A stretch of DNA of 59,242 bases, the filler included, from Platydemus manokwari (Eukaryota): assembly GCA_037951405.1 (NCBI GenBank). It is 5 parts of 5 records of this genome, joined end to end, with 100 filler letters (N's around TTAATTAATTAA, not from the genome) between each part and the next. Parts side by side here need not be neighbours in the genome. Positions count along the whole stretch, not along the records: positions 22,859 to 34,021 come from JBBMOY010864421.1; positions 34,122 to 49,223 come from JBBMOY011349204.1; 3 more parts are not named here. One strand, 5' to 3'. The translations under genes were made by a program, and so were the position numbers. Below, one piece after another: positions 26,080 through 39,431 of this stretch. The notes under the pieces were generated by a model. It saw only the letters and a program-made list of their open reading frames with translations. It had not been told where the DNA came from and did not search any database. Every line of letters begins with the position of its first letter. Position 1 is the first letter of the stretch.

Positions 26080-26556
26080 TGTGATCATTTCAAATTGAAT
26101 GGAAATTTTTAAAGGTTTGATTTAGTATCCAATTTAATTTTATTTAAAATTATATTAATTTATTTATATAATTGTATTGAAACATATAATTTGTTGTCGG
26201 GTCTAACGGCTAACTTGACGACCAATCATCTGGATTCGATTATGATAAGATCAATGTCTGAAAATTATGGAAAAGGAGAAGTATTTTGTGACTACATAGT
26301 GAATATATAAACAAGATATAAACAAGATAGAAGAATTAGAATTTTTATGTAAATAAATATGTACAGCATTCTATATATAATGTCAATTAAGAAGGCAAAA
26401 AAAATCAAAGATTTTAGAATGACGGGATGTAAGCATTTGTGATTGAATTATAATTTTTAAAGATTTAATTTTATATAAAATTTCATTAATTTATTTTAGT
26501 AATTGTATTTAGATACATAATTCGATCCGTGTCTTATAAAATAGTAGCGACTAACA
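26080..26556 (+). mobile_element. TRIM-like element, copy 2 (more decayed)
   Basis: LTRs at ~26080-26215 and 26428-26556 (ending ...AAAATAGTAGCGACTAACA). Decayed PBS TGACGACC at 26216. The interior CATCTGGATT..ATGGAAAAGGAGAA..AAGATATAAA is shared with copy 3. Purine-rich AGAATGACGGGA precedes the 3' LTR. Flanks are ATAAT/AAAAT. Confidence 0.72.
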
Positions 26557-28019
26557 AAAATAATGATTTGTTTTGAGAAAAACTTCACCGATGTCAATAA
26601 TTATTTAACCAGTACAAAGCCCTTTATCAAATAAACATCCAATCAATCTTATATATGTTTAAGAATTATATCGTCCAATTTGTGGAATAATATGTGACTC
26701 TCGTTCTATTCCAATATCGAGAATTTGTATGAAAAATCTATCATTGATTTCATATTGATTGCCTTTGAATATTATTTACTTCTGATTTGAGAACATAGCA
26801 AATCTACAGATGATTGATGATCCATCTGGGGACAACTAATCGAATATTAGCGCAATGAAAATTTAATAACATAATAAGAACTATCGATTGAGATCATGCT
26901 GGTTAAAAACAGATGATTAATGCTGTATGAAAAGATATAAATTAAATTGAATAATAAATTAGATAATTAGCGTAATATAATTTTCTTGCATGTTTTCCAT
27001 TTGATATTTTATATATATTCTTAGCAACATTGTCATGGCAATATGAGCATAGAAATGGCTTTATTTATGTAGAATTTCAAAAATTTTACTATTGTAAGTC
27101 AATGATGACATTGGCACCAGCTTTATAAAATATAAACCCACACAACCACAGGTTGTTGGAGTTTTAATATCGATTTTTTAAATACAAACGGAACACAGGC
27201 AAAAATATTAAAAGAAATTGTTCTGTCATTCTAGCTTCATTTCAATCAATATCTGACAACAATGACTCACTTCAAAATCAAATTACATCGAATTAATGTA
27301 TCGTCAGATCAATATTTTTATTTTCATGATGGAGTTTGTGTATATTACTACATATTCTAAATGGTTCATATGATATTTAAGTGACTTCTACAGATAAATG
27401 AGATAAATATCATATATTTCAAAAAAGCAAGTTCAACACAAACGATTTTAATCTATACTTTATCGATAAAACTGGTAACAAATAAAATAACTCTTTAATA
27501 ACGAGAGAAATCTACATATATGTATAAATTGACTATGTAACGATGCCGACTAGAGCTAGTAGAATCAACTCAATTCATGGACATTAAGTCAGTTTGTGTG
27601 TTAAAATTTTGTTTTTCTTGTTTCTAACGATTATTTTGATGAAAGAAACAAAGTTTTAATTGTTGTCTGCTTTGAGAAAACTGTTGGTGAGCAAAGATGT
27701 ATACATATCCGATGACAGAAATATAATACAATATACCGTATCAGAATGACTACAAGAATTTCTTATATTTGGGTCTTTCAGATATCGGGAATTTTGTCGT
27801 ATGATCAGATACAAAATTTTGATTAGTTAATAAAGCATTTTTTATAAATAATTATTCTGTTAAATGGGAATTAACTCAGTCTTCTTCAAGTTAATTTGGT
27901 ATTCTGTTTATTTAAATAATCAGAATCAAAAGCGAGTAGTTAAGCTGAATAAAGGGGATAACTAGTGCTACGAATTGTGATATATTTTATGAAAACTGGC
28001 GTAATCAGTTATTGATTGA

Positions 28020-28350
28020 GAAAGAAATACGAATTTGCATCTTGGAAACCTTATTTTAGCACTTTAGATTTTCGAATGCCTACACAATCATACTGACATG
28101 GCAATCCACCAATCACAGCTGAGTTATATGGAAAATGATAATTGGAAAAAGGGACATAGCCACACAAAGCATACATATAGAGATTGACTAATACCACACA
28201 TACTAAAACTAATAAGTCCAGTAGAAACATGGGAATTTAAAGATCAATTCAAAATGTGATACAAGAGTGACACAAAATTTACACACAAATTTCAAGTATA
28301 AATACCGATGTAAAGATGGCCAACTGCCAGTTTGGAAAGCCAGTTTTTGA
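28020..28350 (+). mobile_element. Gypsy pol relic family A, copy 2
   Basis: Shares GAAACCTTATTTTAGCACTTTA, ATGCCTACACA, AATTGGAAAA, ACATATAG.GATTGAC and GATGTAAAGATGG with 3218-3590. Confidence 0.6.
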
Positions 28351-29224
28351 AACATTGTATTAAATTTGCAAGTCGTACTGACTAGTATGTGTGTAGTTGC
28401 AAGTGAAGTTTTAGCGGTAAATTCATGATACTTTGTGATAGCTAGAAATAAAGCAACTCTAAAGTTAGAAATAATTTGGTAGTTCAGAATCAAGAGTCAA
28501 TTAGGAGAAAGGCTATTGAGTTATTTCTGTTTTATTTTTATAATTCGAATTCGCTTATTGGTTAGATTACAAACCACGAAATAATTACAGGAACTAATTA
28601 TATTTACATGATAGAGGTAAATAGCTTTTAATTAGATATATTAAATAGCTTTTAATTACAAATTCATATTTACTTTGATAATTACCAGTGTTTTATTGAC
28701 AAAATGGAGTTTCAATATTGCCTGCCTCAATAGAACTAATAGAAAATTATCTAAATCATTGGAATATGCATTTCATGTTCAATGAAAATTTATTTGTATC
28801 GAAACATATACTCATCGATTCTATTTTAAATAAGAAACTTGGCTATGGATATTTTTTTGGAAAATATTGAAATAAGTTTCCTAGAAAAATTCTTTGAGGA
28901 TTTACGGCTGACGAAAACTAATATCCAATGTTTGGCTTATGCTTCAAATTCAAATACGATAATTAAATTAGAAATAATTTATATTTTAGTAGAATATTTT
29001 TGAAATTTGTGATCGGCAATACAGATCAAAGCGTTAATATCTTTTTGCGATATAGAAAATAAATATTAATAAAAATATTGAATAAAATTTTGTTTGAATG
29101 TCACTTTAAAAGTATTATCCAAGAGCTTAAATTTTTTACTTTTAATCAATATTTAGATATAAATCTTTATGATTATTTTAAGCATCAGTTCAAAATATTG
29201 ATTAATTGGAAATAGAAAATTTAA

Positions 29225-29835
29225 TATTTTGGCTTAAGTTAAGAAAAAGGATTCTTTGACCTTTCGTTATTAGGAATTTTCTCGTATGGGATAATTTAAT
29301 AAGTTAATTTAATGTATAACTGCTATGTTTGATCTTTTCGTATAATTCAGTTAATATCTCATTTTTAAGATGTCTAATATGGACAAAACATAGTTTTAAA
29401 ATCAAGTTCCCATTCTAATCACAACATTTCTAAATGATTATTTGAGTTTTTAAATTTAAATTTTATAATTATAAATCGAGTTAGTTAACTACAGACGTAC
29501 CTAATAATATCATTGGTTATTTTTATAAAATAATTGTAAAAATTGAGAATATCTCTTGACTTGCTTCTAGTGTTAATACAAGGAGTCCTCGCTAATTTTC
29601 AATAAATTAGCATTTGACCTACTTTTTTCATTTTTCAATTAATCAAATTTTAGGAGATTTTTAAGCTACTGTCTATTTAATAAATGATTTCAAACAACTT
29701 AAATTCTTCTTAAGCATTTAAATAATAAATTTAGAATTTTTTTAAATAATATTATTAAATAAACTCTATATATTTTTGCAATACACTCAACCAATTTCAT
29801 TTTAAGACCCTTTTTGTAACTCTAGCGAATATTTT
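29225..29835 (-). mobile_element. Dispersed repeat family B, copy 1 (probable Gypsy RNase H-integrase relic)
   Basis: TTTTGGCTTAAGTTAAGAAAA..CTTTGACCTTTC..CTAATCACAACA..GAGTTAGTTAACTACAG..TTTTTGCAATACACTC is shared with 51085-51515 and, inverted, with 57535-58135. The family translation LKSEILTELYE.IKH resembles the integrase H2C2 lead-in. Confidence 0.6.
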
Positions 29836-30224
29836 AGCTAAAACTTTTCATAAGATTTTAACCAGACTATCATGGAATTTAATTGATATAATAATTATAA
29901 TTACAAGAATTAAGCATATGATTGTAAGGTAACGAAATAGATCTTAATATATTTCAAATTTTTTTAAATATAAAATTTATTATTCCAAAAGATGAAAAAT
30001 CAAACTCATTCTGGCCAAATCTCGCAATTTTAGTCTGCGAGATTAAAAAATATTTTCTCATAATTTCTCCTGCATATATCTGCATATGTGTATGTATTTG
30101 ATTTTAAAGATTATTTAGTCAAAGTTAAGACAAGGATTTCTAAAATAAAACTTTTAATGTATGGACTGCATTGCAAAAATCTATAAAGTTTATTTAATTA
30201 AATTAAAGTGATTTGGAAAAAGTA

Positions 30225-30420
30225 CCAGGTTCTCGTGTTTTATACTGTAATGAAATGAAGATTTCATCCAAATTGAATAAATTGTCCAGGTGGAGATGCC
30301 ATAAATATATAAGAAGTTTCGGAATTTGAATAGAGACTTGGTTCAACAATTCTGCCTTGTCCTTTTTAGACATTCTGAAAGAGGTATTTGTGGTGCACCA
30401 GGCTCGTACAAAAAGCGCAT
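30225..30420 (-). mobile_element. pogo/Tigger transposase fragment
   Basis: Minus-strand frame IPKLLIYLWHLHLDNLFNLDEIFISLQYK resembles the pogo motif ..DNIFNxDETGLxYK. Confidence 0.4.
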
Positions 30421-30532
30421 TAGCAAAACGACATCCATTAGCAAATCAAAAATCGGTAAATAGTAACAATTTTTATTAAAATAAATCTAAGGATTTTAAT
30501 TTATTCATTAAGATCCATACTTATGAATAAAA

Positions 30533-30715
30533 AGCGTCTTAAAAATTGATGAGGTCTATTTTGGAAGGGACAAATATAATAGTGGACGTCGAAGACATTA
30601 CATTTTGATTGTTGAAAGACTGGAGAAATATAGTAAAAAATAATTGCTTCTTATTTCTAGTCCGCAACCGAAGTGCAGTGACTCTAGAAACAATAAATAG
30701 GAGTTAAATAGAAAA
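30533..30715 (+). mobile_element. Merlin (IS1016/ISXO2-like) transposase relic
   Basis: SVLKIDEVYFGRDKYNSGRRR..EKYSKK then, after a frameshift, CFLFLVRNRSAVTLETI. This matches the Merlin motif VEIDES.FG.RKYNRGR...CFLV.V.NRSA.TL..I. Confidence 0.72.
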
Positions 30716-33700
30716 TTGTATAAATAAAATGATACTTTTATTTAATTGTAGGTTTTATGAAACCATGATCCATAATATATGAGGATTGCTAGAGTTGTTT
30801 TTTCCATTTTAATCTAAAATTGAATTTTATGCAAAAATTTCATTAAAACATTACAAATAAATTTTAAAATTAAATAACTCAGGAAAAATTATTAGATTAA
30901 ATCGGCTTAGAGGACCATTTTTCTTAAATTAACCCAAATGATTCAGTCGTTATTCAACCTTAATGGACCACATCACCAAATAAACTAGCTGAAAGCTCTT
31001 TCGCACTGATAAAACAGTTTATCGTAGTAAATAATGCGATATGATTTTTTTTCATGATCTTTGTAATTTTTGTTAAGAAATCTTTGTTAAGAAATGATAA
31101 TTCATTCATTCTAGAGGTGTCAGCATAACCAATAGTTTAAAGAGTGCAACGAGCATACTCAAACTTTTCACGAATGTAGTAATTCATCAATTTGAACTTG
31201 GTTAGAGTGATTTCAACTGGCCCAGGAAAATATTTAAACAGAAAACCATTTAACCGACCTCCACTAAATGCAAAATTATATTTAATTCATTTATTTCCAT
31301 TTTACAAATTAAATTATTATATTCCACAATATTATAATAAAAGGAAAACAGATTCTGAATAATGAAGCGCAAATAAAAAATTCAAAAAAAATCATATTAA
31401 TTATTGAGAATTGAAATAATTCGATCTATTTGTAATATTTTGTATAAATCAAATCTCTTCTGCTTAATAAATAATTTAATTTTAATTTTTTTCTATTGTT
31501 ATAATTTAAGACCCTTCATGCAATTAAATATTATCTCAAATCTGTAAAGCTTATCTTAAAAATTTAACATTATTATTATTTCTTTTTTAATATTTTTTGT
31601 TATTTTTATAAGAATAAAATGCTGATAAATAAATTTTCACTGGTGATCGATTATATAAACAATATATGAATCTTTGGATTGTATCGGATATAAGATCATA
31701 ATCAAAAACCTTTGAAATGAGATCTAAAAGAGTATACACACCACCAGATAACACACAACATTTCCAAAACTAATTACATTGTTTGATGGGATTTTAGTTT
31801 TCAATATGTGCACACCAAATATGAGAGAAAGAAGTCAAATTTGCCAAATAAATAAATGACCGAGCTCTCAAGTGGTTATAACAAATGATACATAAAATGA
31901 TACTCGAAGGAAACGTACACAATACAATCTATGAAAATCGACTGGAAATAAGAATTACTTATCGTTGAAAGTCATGACTATTGTGAGTATCTTTATGCTT
32001 AATACTTATTTTATTATTAAGAGTATCATTATATTTTGGAGTATCTAGCTTTGAGTTTCAGCGGATGTAATTTGTTTTATTTATTCAAACATAACATATC
32101 CATAGAGCTTATTTGAGTCACTAAGTTTTCCAAAAATAATTTTATCATTGTTTATCTATCAAAAAAACAGATCAAATTCCATTTCAAGGTCGTTTTATAG
32201 ATTAATTTCAATCGTGATAAATCGAATAATTTTAGTCTGGCGATCCAATTATCTATGTATTCTCGTGGACAATCAACATGATCAATTTTGATTAATTAAG
32301 TTACCGAAAATATATTAAATATAATTGGTTTGAACTCCAGAGGTCGGCATATTGTTGAATATGGCTTCCGATCAATAGACACCAGAAAATATCAAAAAAA
32401 TAATCAAAATCGATTTATGTCATGAAAATATTTTCTACATACAATTTCAAGAAATTAAATCATGAATTTGTTAGAGCATATGTTGCAATTGAATGATGTT
32501 GTCTGAATTTTTCTTCATACTCTCAATAGTTATAGTTTATACCTATAGATTAGAAAAATTATATACATATACGATTTACCAGTATATTTCTTTTTAAAAT
32601 TAAGTGCTCTGTGTGATAACCGTATCGAGTACAACATTTATTACTGCAACAATGGCAATTAATAATTTACTATTTTTATTCCCGGATGATTTGACTATTG
32701 TCATACGACCAAAATCGATTCAGACTCTCGTTTCGGCCTGTCTTACTGACAAAACACGTTCGTTCATTGCAAGAATCAATGTGAGTTTTTTTTGATAATC
32801 TTATATTTCATCTTTTGTAGTATTTTTGTTTGAATGATTCATTATTTGTAATATTTCAAATTCGATTTTTAAGTGGACTTGTTTAGTCATTAATTTCTAA
32901 AACTAATTTTGCTGTCATAATGTATATTTAACCATAATAATAGCAAGAATATGACTAAGAATATGAATAAGTTGCTGCATATTTTTGGATTAGAGAGGTT
33001 TTATGATTCTTATATTTTTAATTGGTATCAATGTTTTCAGTTAAAATTTTGAAATTTAAACCAATTTATGAATTTCGACAATTTCTTTTCACATTGTAAA
33101 ATTTTGTAAATCTTTTTGTTAAGCTAAATAAATTTGTTCAATCAGTTTGTTTAGTCAATGTGAGGCAATTTATATAGTAAAATCAGTTTATTAGTCTCGT
33201 GTTTAAAAACAGGACGTTTATTATTGTTGGGTAGGTCACTAAAACAATCAAAATGCTCACAGGATCCACAAAAATAACCTTAAGGGATAATACATACTCA
33301 TTCAATAAACGCAGGTGCCAACTGCTAATCAGATTCCCTCCATATTTATAAGTTAATAAGTGACTGCCGCAGACCGAAAATGGCAACAATCACCGATATT
33401 CAATAATAGCAGGAGAGATGTAAGTAAAATTACTAACATATCTATGTACAAACAAATTCAACAAATGAAAAAAGGAAGTTCCGGGATATCAAACGGACAC
33501 ACACAATAGGTCTATGGAAGAGGTTGGATTTCATGAGCAACTGCCTATCTTCTTTAGTCGGTAACCTGTATTCTGTTCTTTAATTTTAATGCGATTTCTT
33601 CTATTCTGTGTTTGGTTTTCGGATGCTGATCTCGTTTTGTGCGATAATCTACTATTGTATTGTGACGATTTTAAAAAGTATCTATTGACGAGTCGAACTT

Positions 33701-33950
33701 GTGATTCTGCAGTTTAAATTATAATTTTCAGATTTTATTGTTAGCTAATAGCCAATATAATTAACTTTCACACGATTATAAATTCTTAACCAATAATAAC
33801 CAACAAAAATTAACTGCTTAATTGTCGTTGTTTGATTATTAAAGCACAATTTATTTCTAATATTTTTAAAATATACTGAAATTCTCGTTCATTACAAAAT
33901 AATATAAAAGCATTAAGCAATTGGTTTAATAAAAATTATAAATTTGAATA

Positions 33951-34021
33951 TATTAGGCTGAGTCAAAAGTTATTCATGTTTTTTAGTTGTTTAAAGTTTT
34001 TGTTTTACCAAATCATTTAAA
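33951..34021 (+). mobile_element. mariner-type TIR truncated by the contig end
   Basis: TA-TTAGGCTGAGTCAAAAGTTATTCATGTTTTT, the same family as 39-71. Confidence 0.6.
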
Positions 34022-34121
34022 NNNNNNNNNNNNNNNNNNNNNNNNNNNNNNNNNNNNNNNNNNNNTTAATTAATTAANNNNNNNNNNNNNNNNNNNNNNN
34101 NNNNNNNNNNNNNNNNNNNNN
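34022..34121. other. Artificial contig linker
   Basis: Same N44-TTAATTAATTAA-N44 structure. Confidence 0.97.
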
Positions 34122-34804
34122 TTTTAAAATTACAAATAATCTTTTGAAATTTAATTAAATTATTTAAAATTAAATATAAAATTATTTTTAAATAATTTAG
34201 ATGTTTTTATTTATATGCCTGATTAAAATTGACAGTTAAAGAAGTTCTGTGGGGATTATTTTAGTATGTTCAATTTGTTTAATTTGTTTGCAATAATGAA
34301 AATTATGAAAATCGTCTAAATGAATATATTTTACGAATCTCCAACTTTAAACGAGGTGTGGCTACCACTAACAATCACATTGTCTTTGTAGTACAGATTA
34401 AGATAACGGGAAAATTTCCAATGCAGTTAATTTCAGAAGTTGTCTTATTTAATATGAAAATAAAATGTCTCAATAGCAAAGAAAAGAATGGCGAATTAAA
34501 AGGAGATATCGTAATATCCCGTATTAAATACTGACTACTAATATAATCACCAATAATCAATAAATTAATTTTGAGAATTGTAAGTGAAGATTGTAAATAC
34601 TACATTAACAGAGTTAGCCTCGAATCTTAATTATCACGTATTAAAAAAAATCCAAAATGGATTTGAAATCTGACTCAGAAAATAGACTACCAAAAATTTG
34701 GTCTATATGAAGTGCTGGATCTTGATTCGAAATGACAAAATATTTGCTGACTCCAAAAATTGAAAGCTTTAAGCTTTATTTCTAATTCACGTATGACTCA
34801 ATAC

Positions 34805-35175
34805 AATGTTTCATAAACCGTAACCAAAACTTGGCTTCCAAGTAACAGTTGACCATCTTTACATCGGTATATATACTCGAGATCTGTGTGCAATTTTTGT
34901 GTCACATTTGTAACACATTTTTATTTAATCTTTACTTTTCATGTTTCTATTCAGTTAATTGTTTTTTGTATGTACGAGATTGGTGAATCCCTATGTGTTG
35001 TGTTGTGTGGCTATATCTCATTTTCCAATTATAGTTTTCCATCTAAGTCAGATGTCATTGGTTAATTGTTATGCCTATATGGTTGTGTAGGCATCCATAT
35101 GTTTAAAGTGCTAAAATAAGGGTTCCAAAGATTATATCCGTTTTCCTTTGCAAGATTTCGTCTCACTCAACATAA
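34805..35175 (-). mobile_element. Gypsy pol relic family A, copy 3
   Basis: The reverse complement carries GTTGAGTGAGA, GGAACCCTTATTTTAGCACTTTAAACAT, ATGCCTACACA and CCGATGTAAAGATGG. Confidence 0.6.
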
Positions 35176-36189
35176 ATACATAAATAGTATTTCAAATTTT
35201 TTGTGGTTTTAGCAACAGTTTTTATTCGGCCATCCATATGACAGTAATATTAATTCATCTATTGTATATTTTAATTTCACTTCACTATATACGATTTTTC
35301 GATTAACTTGTATTAATAATTTGATATTTTATTTTATTTATTTATTGTTACTTTTAACATCCACTGCTTTCTTTCAATGTTAATAAAAAGCAACTTCCAT
35401 TCAATTTGATAACTATTTTTCTCATAAATACCATTTTGTTACCCATAAAAAACAAAGAGAATTACCATTAATAAGTATGATACAAATAAATAAAAATACG
35501 CTTTTGTAAAATAATCGAGACTTAATTGAATTACCGGCAAGCGTCATGGATAAAACAAGGTCACAAATAAATAAAGTTTTTGTAATTGAGAATTCAAAAG
35601 AATGTTCTATTGTCTTATAATTTGCATCTATACTGACACTGAATTGCATTATTGATGAAGCACTTTTTTGGTTGCTTTATAATATGATGCTTGTTGTAAG
35701 ATTTGAGTTGCTATTATATGAGGGTTCTGATAAAGATTTATTGAGAAGAAGCTTTGATATTGATTTGTTGCGCTTCCATTCCCAACATATTTATTGAGTC
35801 AACTATTAATATCGGTAACAAATGTTTAATAGATTGAAACAGATAGCAGGTATATAAGGCGTCGTAAGTTATAAGCTTTTGCAATTGTATTTTACTCACA
35901 AATTAAGGACTTTTAATTGACATTAAAGTCTTTCATTACTGACTGTTGAATATTGAAGAGTTGAGTGACAATTATTTTTGTGACAATTATATTGTATTCA
36001 GCATATTGTACAAACAAATAAAAAATTAACTTTGGCTTCTACTTTGGCTGTTCATTGTCAGACTTATAGTCCGTAGTTTACATACCATGTGTATGTTGGA
36101 CTTCTATTTGATGTTTATATTTCATATATTGTAGTTGTAGTTATCGATCAATGTCAACTGAGATTGGTTAATCTCTGTTGCTCTGGAGA

Positions 36190-36861
36190 GATGTAGACTC
36201 GTTAGTCATAATTTGATTCAGATAAGACTGCAAAAAACCAGATTTACGTGTTGATACAAATTAGCTGATCACAAAAGCAAACTCCTTTCTCTATATGCTT
36301 GGTCATGAAATATCGGTAACTAATGAATGGATTCATAGATTTATGAAAAGATATGATATAGAAAAAATTCAGAAAGCTGATAAGTCAGATGGTATCGATC
36401 TATATGTTGTTCAAGAGTGGAGGAATAGCATACTGAAGAGAATTATGCAAAAAATTTGACTAACCTTCCAGAAATACAAATGACAGTGTTATCGACATTG
36501 GGTATATCAGATTCTGATATGTTACCGTTGCTTTGAACAGAGAAAGTTAAGAAAACATGTGCACTTTAAAACGTGAAACAAATTTCCTGATGAAATATTC
36601 AGGAAGTGGTTGCAGAAACTAGATTGTAGAATGGTACCACAGAAACAAAAAGCTGCGACGACATTTGATAACTATACTCCATATTTGGCAGTTGCATTGG
36701 AAAATGTTGAAGCGATTTTCATAACCCATAATGCATCTTCAATCACCCAGCTGATGGATAGGGAAATTATCAAGAATTTGAAATTACACTATCGAAAGAT
36801 TCTTTCAAAAAATGCAGTTGGATGCAGTCGTAGCCATAAAGTAGAATCAAGCGAAAAGTAG
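36190..36861 (+). mobile_element. Decayed pogo/Tigger (CENP-B-like HTH + DDE_1) transposase
   Basis: A stop-interrupted frame LITKANSFLYMLGHEISVTNEWIHRFMKRYDI..VVQEWRNSIL (CENP-B HTH) is followed by FDN..LENVEAIFITHNASSITQLMDREIIKNLKLHYRKIL, matching the DDE_1 motif FLPPNTTS..QPMDQGII.NLK.HYR. Confidence 0.82.
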
Positions 36862-39431
36862 AACTAAAAACTGTTTTCGTTCGATTTTATCAATAGAACA
36901 GAGTTTTTTTTGGAAATATGCTTACTTGTTCTGACTCAGGTGAAGGAACAAATTATACGTCAGAAAAACAAAATTTTCATAATATCTGTAAGGGATAGTA
37001 AGATATTTTATCCCGCTGGCTGCCTCCAATAAATTCATACCAAGATCTCGATTGTGGTAGTAAGTGCAATCGAAACCCTATTAGAATTATAGAAAGCAGA
37101 ACTCATATGCTATGTTCTAAATCTGGATCAGACAGGTGACAATGGGAAACAATCGGAAGACTAAATCGATGAATTATTGATACTTATAATATTGTTAATT
37201 AGACATTCACTTAAAATAATCAAGTCTTTTGCTCTCACTAAATGCCAAGAACCGTTTGTAAATTAAGTAACTAAATTTAAAGAGAGATTTGAAGCGCTTA
37301 TTGCCAAATTTCTGAAAAAGCAGAGATCAATTATGGGCTTTTATGAAAAAAACAAATAATGATTATAACTTAGAAGTTTTGTTTTTTATATTTCTTAATA
37401 TTTTTGAATTTTGCACCAATTCTCTGTGTCAGGAAATTGGTAAATAACTGGCTATCCGGAATTGGTTAAGCTCCATATAGACTACAGTCATAACAATTAT
37501 ATGAAAAGTCATTTATTTTTATTCCATACTAAATCAAAGATAAATAAAAAAATAAGCAATCTATTTGATATAAGTCGTATTTGACATAAATCCTATGAAT
37601 TGTGTCATTCTAATAAAATCCGCTTCAAACGATCATTATGTCTCAATTAGTTATTAATTTAGAAAAGGAGGTCAATAATTAATAATAGTGTCAATAAATA
37701 ATAATAATAATGGTTAATATATTTTTAATATATTATGAGAATATTTAGCATAAATTGTGAAAGTAAAATAAATACAAATAGTTTAGATTATTTATAAAAA
37801 ATAAAACGATAATACATCAAATAATAATGAATAATAAATAATCAGGAATGATAAAGCAGGAAAAATCAGAATTATTAAAATATCAGGTGATAAAATAAAC
37901 CTGGATTATTCGCATGAAAAAAAGTAAAAATAATTAGAATATCATTCGAAGAAAAATAAGTCAATAAATTTGAGCCAATCCGAATTTATCAAATAAAATC
38001 AGAGTATATATAAGCTGCAGAACGAATTCGATTCGCCCAAAATTTACAACAAGAAATTAAATCTGAAGCGAGATCAAATTTATCAACAGGAAATATTGTA
38101 TTAGTGAAACATCAAGTGTAACGATAAACGATCATTGAGTATTACTAAAACATAAATACGTAGGAGAAACTTATTTAAATAATTAAAAATTTGATTGATA
38201 CTTAAACAAAAATGGTCATTTTAACTTGTTTATTTTCAGTTTCATCTCTCTAAGTGGACTAAAAAAAGATAAATATTTAGAATCTAAGTATTTTAGATAA
38301 CTCTGAATTATTGAAAGCATCCGCTATCTTGGCAGGTCAGCACGTTTCTCACTTTCAACAATAATAAAATTTTAGTTAGCTTTGAATTTACGATGTACGT
38401 AATTAATTGCGTTTTTGAGTTTCAATGAAAGCATTATAATTGCTTGTGTTTAGCGTTTTGGATTTAGTTAAAAGTCAAGAGACATGCATTTATCAATATC
38501 ATACATATATAGTCATATATAACCACATTTATAGTCATTAATTACAAGAAACTGATTCCAGTGACAGTAAACAGTTTTCATTTATTTTGTAGTTGTTTGT
38601 AGCTTATTGAAAAGCCACCTTTGCACTTACTAGAGCTAAACAAAGAACACACCGACTTTCGCTAATGAGTTACCAAATACCAGAATCCAACACGGTATAT
38701 GTGTTGTTTAATATTTTGTCAAGCTGAAATATTCAATTCTAATTGATTGGTGATCGTGTATGTATGGCTGTGTATGTATATGCGAAGTATAGAAATACTG
38801 GTTGGAAACGGACAAATACCCTTAGTTTGTGAGATTCTTGGATATATACTGGGCATAACGAATTTTTCTATTAAAATTTTCTTTGAATTTTAACAGGTAA
38901 TTTCTAAAATGTGATGAGTTTGATGGATAGTTTAAATAAATTCAGAAAACCATTAATTCAAATAATAAATTTTCTTTACCAAATTATAACAGAACGAAAA
39001 TTTATACTCGTCACTATATAAAACATGTTCACTTAATAATAAATAGTTGTATCAAATTAGTCGAATAACAAAGTGTATCATTCTCAATAACATAAGATTT
39101 TTGATCAACATTATTTTGGTTTATTATTTGTGACTCTCATTTCGTTGTGCACCACATCGATCCAATAGCCAATCCGGTATTGTCCAAATTATTAAATAAA
39201 AATTCGTGTTAAACCTCGAAATTGCAACAGCTACAACTAGTTCAGCTGGAATGTCAACAAAAAAAGTATAAAACACATTCAATCGTGACGAAAATAAAAT
39301 CAATAAGATATGAAAATATCAATTGTAAAACACTGAAAAACAATACGATAATATTTATTTGGAGTTTATTTAAGAATAAAATTATAATTGTGTGCTACAA
39401 GGGCATTGCACGAGCTGTACACGAAACAAAG

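Noticed and set aside
30860-31265. Putative spliced minus-strand gene (GGRLNGFLFKYFPGPVEI...)
   Set aside because: Trial splicing runs into stops and no family is recognisable. The neighbouring sequence is transposon relic.
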